A stretch of 64,000 nucleotides of DNA from a virus: IMG/VR virus record IMGVR_UViG_3300029286_000020, positions 1 to 64,000 of that record, one strand, 5' to 3'. Both the position numbers and the translations under genes were made by a program. The notes beneath the pieces are model-generated. The model saw nothing but the letters and a program-made list of their open reading frames with translations. It was not told the origin of the DNA and made no database searches. Positions 51,899 to 60,980 of the stretch are shown one piece after another (position 1 is the first letter of the stretch; each line of letters begins with the position of its first letter).

Positions 51899-54800
51899 CA
51901 GTAGCCCGCCGGTTTCAAGTGGTCCGTGTAGAAATCATCCGAGTGGACCACAAGGTCTTCGACCGGCATGCCATTGAAGTCCGTCACACCGGCTGCCTTC
52001 AACCCAGCGATGACTTGATTCCGGGCGGTCGCCGACTGCGTTCGGATCTTGATGACCTTGTTCGGGCTGAAGCCGTGGCGAAACATCATCTCTGTCTTGC
52101 CCTGCGTACTGGAACTTTCGAGAGGTTGGCGATTGTCGAAGGGTGTCCCAGACGTCTTTCCGTAGTTGTCGCCGCTATGCGTAAACACGTCCAAGCGGTC
52201 CAGTTCACTCGGGTCAACAACCATCTGAATTTCACCCCACGCGAAGTCTTTGTTGTCCTCCAATCCGGGCTTGGTGAACAGGTAGTCCGCGCCGCCAGTA
52301 TTGATGTCGGCGGACCCACTGGTCGTCCCTGACGTTGGGATGCCGAGCTGCAAGCGGTCACCGACTGCAATGGACCCGCTGAGAAGGTGTTTCACCACCT
52401 TGTCGACGCTGCCAAAGCCGTGACGGACGTACTTCATCTTCGGATTGGCTGCCAAAATCTTCTTCGACCTCCCGGGAAGCACCGGCACCACGCGTCCATT
52501 GAAGCCGACCTTCTCCAAGCGGATCGAGTTCAACTCCGCGTCCGTGTAGCCATTCTTCTTCAAGATGGCGCGCAGGTTTTCCGATGTCCGCCCCTTCTCA
52601 GGGAGAGAGTTGGACAGTTGAGGAGCGACGGCCCACAGCATGGAGGAGAGTTTCATGACGTCCAGATCGTCCTTCGACGGTGGAGTCATCACAGCCTTGC
52701 CAACTGCAGGGTTGGCCGTAATCAACAGCCCTTCGAGGGCGTCCTCCACGGACTGCCCAGCTTTCGGATACACGTCCGCAACAACCATCCCAAGGAACGT
52801 GCGTTGTCCGTTTTCGCCTGTTCCCATAGACAGCTGACTGTCTCCGCTGGTCCACTTCCTCGTCTCAAACGTGCCGCCAGACAGTTTTCCACCGCTCTCG
52901 ACCCAAGTGTCGGTCGCAGGGTCGTAAGACATCTTCGGGTAATCGAACTCGCTCGCGGTCCCTCCGGTCATCTTATTCTGTGCCGCTTCACGCAGCTTGA
53001 AGGACACGCGGTAGAACGTCTTGCCCTTCGCGTCCTTGTGACGCTGCACCATCATTGAGTTGTGCTCGACCATGTTGCCGTCGGCGATCATGACCTTTCC
53101 GAGCGACAGCTTGGCTTTCTCGATGTTCTTGATGAGAGCGACTGTCTCCTTCTGCTCGTCAAGCACAACGTTCTTGAGGACACCGGGCTTGGGCACCACC
53201 GTGCCTTTGCCCGATGGCGGAGGCGCCGCCGGAGGGAGGTCGACCAGAACACTGATGTTCTTGCCAGACGCCTGCCCTTTGGCCAGTTCAGTCTTCGGCA
53301 TCATGGCAATGACGAATTCGCCCTTCACCTTCAGGCTCAGCGGCGTCAAGCCGAGTTGCTTCAGGGACTCCTCAGCTTCAGATAGCGTCAGGTTCTTCAG
53401 CTTGACGATGACGTTCTCAGAGGCGCCGTCAGGGGCGCCGTCGGGGCCCTTCGGTGGCTTGGTCTTGTAGAAGTTGCCGTCTGGCCCGGTCGAGAAGAAG
53501 GTACTTCCCGACTTGACACTCCACATCTTGCCCTTCGGCGGATCCGAGTATCCCCACGGATTCGGCGGAGCGACCGGAGCGACCGGAGCCTGTGCGTTTG
53601 CAGGGCTGTAGAGGTCTACGCCGGAAGCACCGAGTTTTCCTGTCTTGGTCACGTCAACTTCGAGTTGAGGCTGGACGCCTGAGACAGGCGCTGCCGGGGG
53701 AGCCGCAGGTGCCGTGACACCCGTCCCGTCGTCCCAACCACCTGCAAACGTGAAGGTGCCCTTCTTCTTCGTTCGCTTCGCGTAGAGCCCGCCGATGAAC
53801 GACTCGAAGTCCTTGCGGATGTTCTGCTTGCGCGCGAGCGCAAGGTCGAGGAACTCCGCGACCTTCTTCGGGTCGTCTTTGAACTTGGCCTCGCTGGCAA
53901 ACTTCGAGAGAAGTTGCGTGTAGTCACTGTCGCTGATGGCTTCGATGCGCTCGATCGCACCAGTCATCTCCTTCGGGTCGAAGGACATCGAGCCGTCAGC
54001 GAACGCCTTCCAGAACTTGTTGTAGTAGGGTTCGTTTTCGACTTTGTTCGGGTGGTAGTCGATTGCGAGCTTGTCACCGTCAGCCGATTCGGCGGTGCCG
54101 GGCAGCATGAACTTGAAGCCCTGCTCCTTGTCGACGGAAAGTAGTGCCCCGTCAGGACGACGAACAAAGTTTGCTGCGTGCGTATCGTGCTGCGACATCA
54201 ACCAGTCGAGGGCGTGCTCCTCAGCAACGTCCTTCCGCTCACTGTCCGTCAGAAGCGAAGGGTTCGTCCCTGCAGCGCCGAGAGGCGTGGCACCTGCCAT
54301 CCAAGGCTGGATCGAGGCGGGGATGCCTTTGTAGCCTTCGGGGACATTGCCCACAGGAATAGACTTCCCGGGCCGAACGACGCTGGAGACCTGAGAGAAC
54401 ATCTCCTGCGCTGCGATGCGGAAAGGCTCGATCTTCGCCTTGTTCTTCGACCGGGCCAACTTGACGAGGTACTTCCCGTCCGGACCTGCGAAGAAGAACT
54501 TCTCGCCCGCTCCTCCAATACCAGAGGCTGCACCCTCCGGTACGAGAGAGCTGATGGACGGTAGCTGGGGCGGTGACAGGATACTGCCCATCGGAGGAAC
54601 CGAGATCCCCCCGAGGTCTTTCTTCTTCTTCTTCCCCGCCTTTGTGGCGAGAGAGACCTTACCAGCCTCGAACTCGAACGTGTCGGTCATGCCGATGTCG
54701 CCGCGTTCCTGAAACACGCCGGTGAGGAAGGCTTCCAAGTCCTTCCTCACGTTCTTCTTGCGCTTGAGGATCTCGTCCTTGAGCACAGTCAGCTCTTTCG

Positions 54801-56736
54801 GAGAGCCACCCTTGGCACCGAGGTAGGGACCGAGGTTCGCGAGCCAAGCATCGTCAGAGATGTCCTCGATCTTCTCGATTGCAGGAAGCATGGCGCTGAC
54901 CGGCAGGTCAACTTTCTTCTTCTTGAAGAGGTCGAACAGCGCTCCGTAAATCAGAGGTGATGGGTTCGGCTTGTACGTCGTGTCGAGGCTGTCTTTGCCG
55001 ATGAACTTGAGAGCTTGATCCTTGTCAATCCCAACAACGTTGCCGTCATTGGTGAGCATGAAGTTCGCAGCCTTCGCGTCGTGACTGGCAAGGGCCCAGT
55101 CAAGGACGCGCTCCTTCATCAGCCGCGCGAGTTGGTCGGGAGTCAACGTCGTCAGGTCAACCTTGCTGAGGTCGGTCTTGATGTTCGGGATCATCGGCTG
55201 AACGGATCCTGATCCAACACCGCTCACAGTTCCAACAGCAACAGGGATGGCGCCTTCCGCGCCGAAAACCTTGGCAGCGATATTCGCGTAGGCAGCAGCG
55301 GCGAGCGCAGGAGCATTCGCGCCCGTTTTGAAGAGGAAGGTGTTTCCTGCTGCATCTTTGACGAACTGCTTTGGATGCGCTCCACCCAACGAAGCCTTTG
55401 CGTCACCGACGAGAGACAAGGTCGTCAGAGGCGGGATGGCAGGCAAGCCCAGACCTCCCGATGTGACGGGAGCGGTCTGGGTTGCGGTCGGTGTCGTTGT
55501 GGTGGGAGCAGGCGGGGCTGCCCGGGGAGTCTTAGGCCCCTTGAGGATGACAACCACCCTGAACGCTTGTCCGACAAGGGCGGATGTGTCGGCAGCGTGA
55601 ATGCCGTCGAGCCACCACTTCCCACCGATCTTCTCGAAGGTGAACCCTTTGGGGTTCTGAATCGTGACGCCTTCCTGCCCATTGTTCAGGTCCGCAAGGT
55701 TGAAGGTCACGAAACCGGGCGGGGCCGGAGAGGTGGCAGGAGGCGTCGGAAGAGAGATTGCGGCCACAGGGGCAGGGGTCGGAAGCGGGACCGGAGCTGC
55801 AGGAGCAGGAGCCGGTGTCAGCATTGGTGATGCAGCCATCGGCTTGAACTTCACAACGTCGATGTCGTCGTCGTCTTCGTCCGACGTGACATTGACGAGA
55901 CCAGCTTTCTTGGCTGAGGCAATCGCCTTGTTGACCGTCTTCGCGGCTTTCGCAAAGTCGTCTTCGGAGGCGTCGTCACCCCCGGCCAAGGCAACAGTCG
56001 CGTCAACGTCGTTGCCGTGCTTGTGCAGCGACTCCAGCGCCTTGAACTCCATTGATCCGGGCGCGAAGTTTAGGATCTTCGCCGCGTTTGCAACCTCAGG
56101 CGCAACCGGGTTCAACCCGGGAACAGCGAAGCCAAGCGCAGCGGCCTGCGCCTTCCAGTTTGCTCCGTAGACCTTCAGCAGCACCGAAGTGACCTGTGGG
56201 TTCTTCAGCAGCTTGAGGTCGGTCGTCGGGTCTTGACCGAATTGGACCGCGTGAAGGTAGGCGTCCAGCGGAACAGACGCTGTTCCGCCGAGCGCAGCCT
56301 GCACATCAGCCTTCGTGATCGCCTGTGGCGACACAGGGGCGGCAGGACCGGGGCTGGGCTGAGGTACCGGCGCCGATGCAGGCTGCAGGTCGTGGAGGGG
56401 CTCCGCCGCGCTCGACTGGCCTTCCTTCGTCAGCACGTCCTTCAGGGTCTTGTTCAGATCCTTCAGGATGAGGTCGGTCGCCGCCTTGTAATGCTTCGGG
56501 ATCTCCCCGATGACTGTGTTCGCCAGAGGCGTCCCCGGCTCCGGGTCTACAAGGTCGTCGATGTACTTGAAGACATTCGCGTGCTTGATGTGGACGGGAA
56601 CGAGGCCGAGGCTCTTGTTCCCGTCCTTGTGTTTGTACGCGTAGACGAACTTCGGAGTGATCCGAAACGCAGAGGCTTCCGCCAGAGCTACGGCTTCAAG
56701 CAGCGACATCGCCTGCTTCGGACTGGAGTCGGTCAT
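51898..56736 (-). CDS. 1612-aa multidomain protein: two HipA/PI3-4-kinase-like domains and a C-terminal ADP-ribosyltransferase-like domain
   Basis: GGAHPK..FK..DWALASHDAKAAN..ID and GGAGEK..VK..E..DWLMSQHDTHAAN..VD; C-terminal YVRHG..GGADYLF..EMMF; Pro-rich linkers. Confidence 0.7.
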   Translation of the reverse strand: MTDSSPKQAMSLLEAVALAEASAFRITPKFVYAYKHKDGNKSLGLVPVHIKHANVFKYIDDLVDPEPGTPLANTVIGEIPKHYKAATDLILKDLNKTLKDVLTKEGQSSAAEPLHDLQPASAPVPQPSPGPAAPVSPQAITKADVQAALGGTASVPLDAYLHAVQFGQDPTTDLKLLKNPQVTSVLLKVYGANWKAQAAALGFAVPGLNPVAPEVANAAKILNFAPGSMEFKALESLHKHGNDVDATVALAGGDDASEDDFAKAAKTVNKAIASAKKAGLVNVTSDEDDDDIDVVKFKPMAASPMLTPAPAPAAPVPLPTPAPVAAISLPTPPATSPAPPGFVTFNLADLNNGQEGVTIQNPKGFTFEKIGGKWWLDGIHAADTSALVGQAFRVVVILKGPKTPRAAPPAPTTTTPTATQTAPVTSGGLGLPAIPPLTTLSLVGDAKASLGGAHPKQFVKDAAGNTFLFKTGANAPALAAAAYANIAAKVFGAEGAIPVAVGTVSGVGSGSVQPMIPNIKTDLSKVDLTTLTPDQLARLMKERVLDWALASHDAKAANFMLTNDGNVVGIDKDQALKFIGKDSLDTTYKPNPSPLIYGALFDLFKKKKVDLPVSAMLPAIEKIEDISDDAWLANLGPYLGAKGGSPKELTVLKDEILKRKKNVRKDLEAFLTGVFQERGDIGMTDTFEFEAGKVSLATKAGKKKKKDLGGISVPPMGSILSPPQLPSISSLVPEGAASGIGGAGEKFFFAGPDGKYLVKLARSKNKAKIEPFRIAAQEMFSQVSSVVRPGKSIPVGNVPEGYKGIPASIQPWMAGATPLGAAGTNPSLLTDSERKDVAEEHALDWLMSQHDTHAANFVRRPDGALLSVDKEQGFKFMLPGTAESADGDKLAIDYHPNKVENEPYYNKFWKAFADGSMSFDPKEMTGAIERIEAISDSDYTQLLSKFASEAKFKDDPKKVAEFLDLALARKQNIRKDFESFIGGLYAKRTKKKGTFTFAGGWDDGTGVTAPAAPPAAPVSGVQPQLEVDVTKTGKLGASGVDLYSPANAQAPVAPVAPPNPWGYSDPPKGKMWSVKSGSTFFSTGPDGNFYKTKPPKGPDGAPDGASENVIVKLKNLTLSEAEESLKQLGLTPLSLKVKGEFVIAMMPKTELAKGQASGKNISVLVDLPPAAPPPSGKGTVVPKPGVLKNVVLDEQKETVALIKNIEKAKLSLGKVMIADGNMVEHNSMMVQRHKDAKGKTFYRVSFKLREAAQNKMTGGTASEFDYPKMSYDPATDTWVESGGKLSGGTFETRKWTSGDSQLSMGTGENGQRTFLGMVVADVYPKAGQSVEDALEGLLITANPAVGKAVMTPPSKDDLDVMKLSSMLWAVAPQLSNSLPEKGRTSENLRAILKKNGYTDAELNSIRLEKVGFNGRVVPVLPGRSKKILAANPKMKYVRHGFGSVDKVVKHLLSGSIAVGDRLQLGIPTSGTTSGSADINTGGADYLFTKPGLEDNKDFAWGEIQMVVDPSELDRLDVFTHSGDNYGKTSGTPFDNRQPLESSSTQGKTEMMFRHGFSPNKVIKIRTQSATARNQVIAGLKAAGVTDFNGMPVEDLVVHSDDFYTDHLKPAGY

Positions 56737-56763
56737 GCGAGCCTCAGGCGAACGTGGTGAACG

Positions 56764-56777
56764 GAACCGTATGGTCC
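56764..56777 (-). repeat. 14-bp quasi-palindrome, copy 10 (GGACCATACGGTTC on minus)
   Basis: Read directly; abuts the stop codon at 56778. Confidence 0.9.
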
Positions 56778-57545
56778 TCAGGCCAGCTCAAAGCCACCAA
56801 TCTCAGGGTCCTCTTCAACCGCAAGCGCGATCTCGATGCCCTTCGACTTGGCCTCGTACTTCTCCTTCGCACGGGCGCGGGCGATCAGCTCGACGGCGCG
56901 ACGGTTGATGCCTTGCGTCCTGCCGAACAGTGGGTTGGCCGAGTCGCGAGCGTCGAAGCAGGCGTCGATGAGCGCCTTCTTCTCGGAGTCGGTCAGCTCA
57001 CCATTCTCCAACCCAATCTTCTTCGCCGCATCGCGAAGGAGCTTCTGAGCGCGAGCCGACTTGTTCAGGAAGTCCTTCACCGATGGCCCAAGGCCCTTGG
57101 CCGTGAAGGCGATGCCATCAGCGATGTCCTTGTCGGTCATCGTCTTGATGTCGACGCTGCTCGACTTCTTCCCGACGGAGGGCGTCACCTTGTAGAGATC
57201 CCACGCCAGCGCGAGGCTGTAGAACGCTTGACGGGCCTCGGCGAAGGGCCCGTAGATGCCGTCGACAGCGTGCTTCATCTTCAGGCAGGCGGATTCGGTG
57301 TCCATCGCGGCCCGCTTCGCGGCAATGCCGCCGTCCGCGATGGCTGCCTCTTCGGCAAACTTGGCCACCTTCGCCGCAGCCTCCTCCAAGTCGTCCCCGG
57401 ACTTCACAGCTTCGCGGAAGCCATTCGCCGCCTTGAGAGCGTCCCCCGGGATGTCCGTGCTGGCTCCAGCGTCCTTGACTCCCTTGGACTTCGCAGCCTC
57501 AAGGATGGAGCGGGTCTGATCGGCGAGGCGCTTGAGGTCGGACAT
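56778..57545 (-). CDS. helical hypothetical protein with ILE-A leader
   Basis: AGGAG SD before ATG at 57545 (MSDLKRLADQTRSILEAAK). Confidence 0.65.
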   Translation of the reverse strand: MSDLKRLADQTRSILEAAKSKGVKDAGASTDIPGDALKAANGFREAVKSGDDLEEAAAKVAKFAEEAAIADGGIAAKRAAMDTESACLKMKHAVDGIYGPFAEARQAFYSLALAWDLYKVTPSVGKKSSSVDIKTMTDKDIADGIAFTAKGLGPSVKDFLNKSARAQKLLRDAAKKIGLENGELTDSEKKALIDACFDARDSANPLFGRTQGINRRAVELIARARAKEKYEAKSKGIEIALAVEEDPEIGGFELA

Positions 57546-57601
57546 CGAAACTCCTGATGAGAGGTCGGGACGGGAGACCGTACCCCAACGCAGAAGTCCT
57601 C

Positions 57602-58411
57602 TCAAGAATCAAGGACCGCTTTGGCCGTATCTTTGGACTTGTCGAGCGCCTTCAGAGCCTGCTTCCCTGCCTCTTCAATGAGGGGCGCCAAGAAGTCGTT
57701 GACGTCTTCGTTGGCGTGCTTGCAGTAGGCAAGAACCTTGTCGAGGGCCTTCTTGGTGTTGCGATTCATTTGCACATAGATGTGCTCTTGCTTGCCGAAC
57801 GAAAACACCATGAAAGAGAGGTTCACCGTGTCGCCGTGCTTGGCGAAGAGGTGCTGAAGGATGTTGGAGAGGTCTTCGACTGTCTTGGCTTCCTTGGCTT
57901 TGTCGTCGAACTCGTCCTGTAGCTCTTTCGGGAGCGACTTCTTCAGCCCGCGCTTCACATCGCCGACGATCTTCTGGAAGCCCTTTGTGTCAGCGTAGCC
58001 CATCAGCTGTTGGAGAGCGTCGGCGCCGTACTTCGTCGCCATTTCTCCGTAGAGCTTGGCGAACTTCTCTGGATCCAGTTTTCCCTTCAACACGTTCAAT
58101 CGAACGGTGACGAACTTCTGAAGATCCTCGTCTTGCCACTTCGAGTCTGAAAGGACCGCACAAGGCAGTTCGTCGAGCCCAATGATCTTGGCTGCCTGCC
58201 AGCGATGCTCGCCACCGATGATGCGATAGGTGCCGTCGTCCATCGGCACCACTTCGAGGGGATCTAGGAAGCCCACGTCGCGGATCTCGTCGACGAGACG
58301 CTGAAAGGTGATCTCGTCTTGACCCTGTGGGTTCCACGAGTTCGGGTGAATGAGGTCGATGGGGATGTGACGAAGTTCGATGCGACCGGGTTTGACGTCA
58401 GGATTGCTCAA
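57602..58411 (-). CDS. ParB/Sulfiredoxin N-domain protein with possible C-terminal RHH-like domain
   Basis: IPIDLIHPNSWNP, GFLDPLEV, IIGGEHRWQAA. Confidence 0.88.
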   Translation of the reverse strand: MSNPDVKPGRIELRHIPIDLIHPNSWNPQGQDEITFQRLVDEIRDVGFLDPLEVVPMDDGTYRIIGGEHRWQAAKIIGLDELPCAVLSDSKWQDEDLQKFVTVRLNVLKGKLDPEKFAKLYGEMATKYGADALQQLMGYADTKGFQKIVGDVKRGLKKSLPKELQDEFDDKAKEAKTVEDLSNILQHLFAKHGDTVNLSFMVFSFGKQEHIYVQMNRNTKKALDKVLAYCKHANEDVNDFLAPLIEEAGKQALKALDKSKDTAKAVLDS

Positions 58412-58420
58412 GGGGGCGTC

Positions 58421-58642
58421 CTATTGGATGACTTCGACGAGGGTAGCGCTCTTGGAAGCAACCACCTTCATCTCATTGGTGAACTGGTGAAAGAGCGTGT
58501 CGCGATCCGCGTCAGATGACGCGTCCAGAGCCTGCAACCAAGCCTCGTCGCCGAAGCGAGACCGCCACCGTTCGACAACCGAGGCGAGGAGGTTCAGTTC
58601 ACCTGCGAGAAGTTCGGCGGTGATTGGCCACGGGTTGTTCAA
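58421..58642 (-). CDS. small hypothetical protein
   Basis: TTGA overlap with the upstream gene. Confidence 0.4.
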   Translation of the reverse strand: MNNPWPITAELLAGELNLLASVVERWRSRFGDEAWLQALDASSDADRDTLFHQFTNEMKVVASKSATLVEVIQ

Positions 58643-59700
58643 TTGGACTCCGGTTCGTCGGTTTGTGACTTGGCAGCTTTGGCAGCGGCAGCAAGGGCAC
58701 CGAGGCCATACACCACCTCGTCGTCGTCGTCGACCACCACCAAGCGGAGGCCCACCGACTTCTCGATCTTGGAGAGGAAGCGGAGACGCTGCTCGATGGA
58801 CGCACCACTCCAGTCCGCCCCCGAGAGAAAGTCGAGGCAGATGAGCGAGATGAGCGTGGAAGGCGCTTTGGTGTCGCGACCAACCAGATCCTGTGCGCGC
58901 TTGAGGGCAAGGTTCACCGTCTCAGCCTGCTCAGACTCCAACTGGAAGACCTTGCTGACCCACTTCCGGTCCACGAACGCTTCGCTGGCGGTGTCCGCGT
59001 AGTCGCCGGTCGGGCGAGCTTTCGGTGCTGGAGGTACCGAGTGCGGAATAAGTATTGCTTTACTGGGCTCTGCGCCCGGTATCTCAGGTGAGTTCTCGGT
59101 TGGAAGCATCCCCTCAGGAATCTCGTTGGAGGCCAAGACGGGGTCTGGCTGACGTGCGATGTCGGCTTGAATCTGGCGGGCCTGTTCCATCGCGACGGTG
59201 CGCTTGATGATCTCGACCAGTGTCGTGTAGTTCACCGTCTCTGCGCGGTCGATCCACTCGACCATGTTCGCCTTCGTGAGAACGCGGACCAGCTCTCGGG
59301 CCTTGGACCAACCCAAGCGGATGAATCGCTTCTTCAGTTCCGGGTTCTGTCCGAGTCCGTCCAGTTCCACTTCGACGCGGTAGAAAATGCGTACCAGACG
59401 CTGCGCCTTCTTGTAGTGAAGGGACAGCTCCTTCTCGGCAAATTCACCGATGTTGTTGTAGCCCCACTTTGCCAGCACGGAGCCGTTCTTTGGATCGCCG
59501 TCCACCGGGGCGTCGTAGATGCGGTAGAGAATCTCGCCGAGTTCGAGGTAGCCCGTCTCGACTTGCTCTGCGAGCACCCGGGCCCGGTGTCTGATGCGAC
59601 CTGCCCACGACTTCGATCCCACGTCGACGTCGACTCGGTAGTTCTTGGGCTCCTCTTCAGGGTTCGGGATCAACGTCAGAGCGGCGGTTGGGTTCGTCAA
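58639..59700 (-). CDS. putative DNA-binding protein (HTH-like N-part, RHH-like C-part)
   Basis: GGAGGA SD before TTG at 59700; GYNNIGEFAEKEL..AQRL..LGWSKARE. Confidence 0.5.
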   Translation of the reverse strand: MTNPTAALTLIPNPEEEPKNYRVDVDVGSKSWAGRIRHRARVLAEQVETGYLELGEILYRIYDAPVDGDPKNGSVLAKWGYNNIGEFAEKELSLHYKKAQRLVRIFYRVEVELDGLGQNPELKKRFIRLGWSKARELVRVLTKANMVEWIDRAETVNYTTLVEIIKRTVAMEQARQIQADIARQPDPVLASNEIPEGMLPTENSPEIPGAEPSKAILIPHSVPPAPKARPTGDYADTASEAFVDRKWVSKVFQLESEQAETVNLALKRAQDLVGRDTKAPSTLISLICLDFLSGADWSGASIEQRLRFLSKIEKSVGLRLVVVDDDDEVVYGLGALAAAAKAAKSQTDEPESN

Positions 59701-60028
59701 AGATTCCTCCACGGATTGGCTGCGGCGGGCCAAAGAAAGACAGCTCCCATGCCCGTATCTCAGTCGCTCGTCCAACGGGAGAGTCGCGGTTCATCAGCTC
59801 GCCTTCGACGAGGACGTAACAGCCTTTCTCCAGTTTTCCGCGACACGCCTCAACGAGCCCGTCGATGTAGACGTTGATTTTGACGCAGACCGTCAAGCTT
59901 CCTCGGTTCGTGGGACGCTCGGACTCGATGAAGAACGTGCAGGCGTCCGCGCCTTGGACGTGGGTTTTGGAGAAGGTGATGCGATCAGTGACGTGTCCAG
60001 CAATGAAGACTCGGTTGAGGCCGCGCAT
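59657..60028 (-). CDS. ssb: single-stranded DNA-binding protein
   Basis: LNRVFIAGHV...LEKGCYVLVEGEL OB-fold pattern; acidic tail. Confidence 0.8.
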   Translation of the reverse strand: MRGLNRVFIAGHVTDRITFSKTHVQGADACTFFIESERPTNRGSLTVCVKINVYIDGLVEACRGKLEKGCYVLVEGELMNRDSPVGRATEIRAWELSFFGPPQPIRGGIFDEPNRRSDVDPEP

Positions 60029-60636
60029 TCAACCATCCTTCGCAGAAGCAAGACCTCCGCACTATCGCGGCAAGCGACTACAGCCGCAAGTGCGTCATAA
60101 GGGTGCTCAATCTGGCTGGCTGGGATACCAGATTTCGTCATCAAGCCGGTGGGCCCCACGAGGTCGGCACGGAAAAGAAGGTTCAGCGATGCCTGTACCT
60201 CCTCTTTGGATGCGGACTTATTCTGGCACATGGTCTTCTTGATCTCTTGCGGGGACGCCTGCGTCACAGGGATCCTCTTGAGCGCCGAGAAGGCCGCAAT
60301 CACCCCCCAGCACATCGCCATCTTCGCCGCGACGGAGGAGCTTCGGGGGAAGGACATCGTCTCCGCGCAGATGATTTTGATGTCGTAGGACGACACCACA
60401 GAGTTCAGCCACGAGGCGATCTCTTTGGCACGCTCCAGATTGTCGTCGGAGGCTCGGACCTTCCGCTTTGCAGTCGCCTTTGAGGTGCGACACACAGTCA
60501 TCTTCACCGGACGGTCGTCCTGTGGATTTGGTCCGACGGCGTAGACGCAGAGGCCGATCGACGCGAAGCCCGGGTCGATGCCCAGCACGTAGAGAGGCCG
60601 GAAAGAACCAAGCGGGGCGAGAGGAGACTCGTTCAT
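59893..60636 (-). CDS. ruvC: RuvC-like Holliday junction resolvase
   Basis: VLGIDPG, ICAE, ASKEEV, HPYDALA. Confidence 0.88.
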   Translation of the reverse strand: MNESPLAPLGSFRPLYVLGIDPGFASIGLCVYAVGPNPQDDRPVKMTVCRTSKATAKRKVRASDDNLERAKEIASWLNSVVSSYDIKIICAETMSFPRSSSVAAKMAMCWGVIAAFSALKRIPVTQASPQEIKKTMCQNKSASKEEVQASLNLLFRADLVGPTGLMTKSGIPASQIEHPYDALAAVVACRDSAEVLLLRRMVECAASTESSLLDTSLIASPSPKPTSKARTPARSSSSPSVPRTEEA

Positions 60637-60980
60637 CGTCGACTCGGTGGGATGCGAGCGGCGGTTCGCTCTGTGAGAATGACTACGCCAAGGACGTCGT
60701 CAGCGTCTTTGGACGAAAGGCGCCCATCGGTGAAAACAAAGCGTCTGTCTGAGTTTCGTTCAATTGAAGCGATGGTGGACGGTACGAGAGGGCTTTGAGA
60801 TTTCCCCCATGCGCTCTCGTAGAGAACGCACGCGCCGCAGATGAACAGCGGCGACTGTCGACCAACAGTGATGCCCCACCGGGCTTGTGGCTTGTCGCAC
60901 TTGGCGCAGTGGGCGCCCCACAGCTTCTGCGGAAGAGGGTTGACAAGGCTCAGAGATGCAAGTGGGTCGTCGCGCATCAC
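60633..60980 (-). CDS. hypothetical Zn-finger protein
   Basis: CAKC...CGAC; coupled to both neighbours. Confidence 0.5.
   Translation of the reverse strand: MMRDDPLASLSLVNPLPQKLWGAHCAKCDKPQARWGITVGRQSPLFICGACVLYESAWGKSQSPLVPSTIASIERNSDRRFVFTDGRLSSKDADDVLGVVILTERTAARIPPSRR

Noticed and set aside
59893-60028. 136-nt overlap of the RuvC 3' end with ssb
   Set aside because: Tail lies beyond the RuvC fold and is low complexity; likely a lost stop codon or an indel
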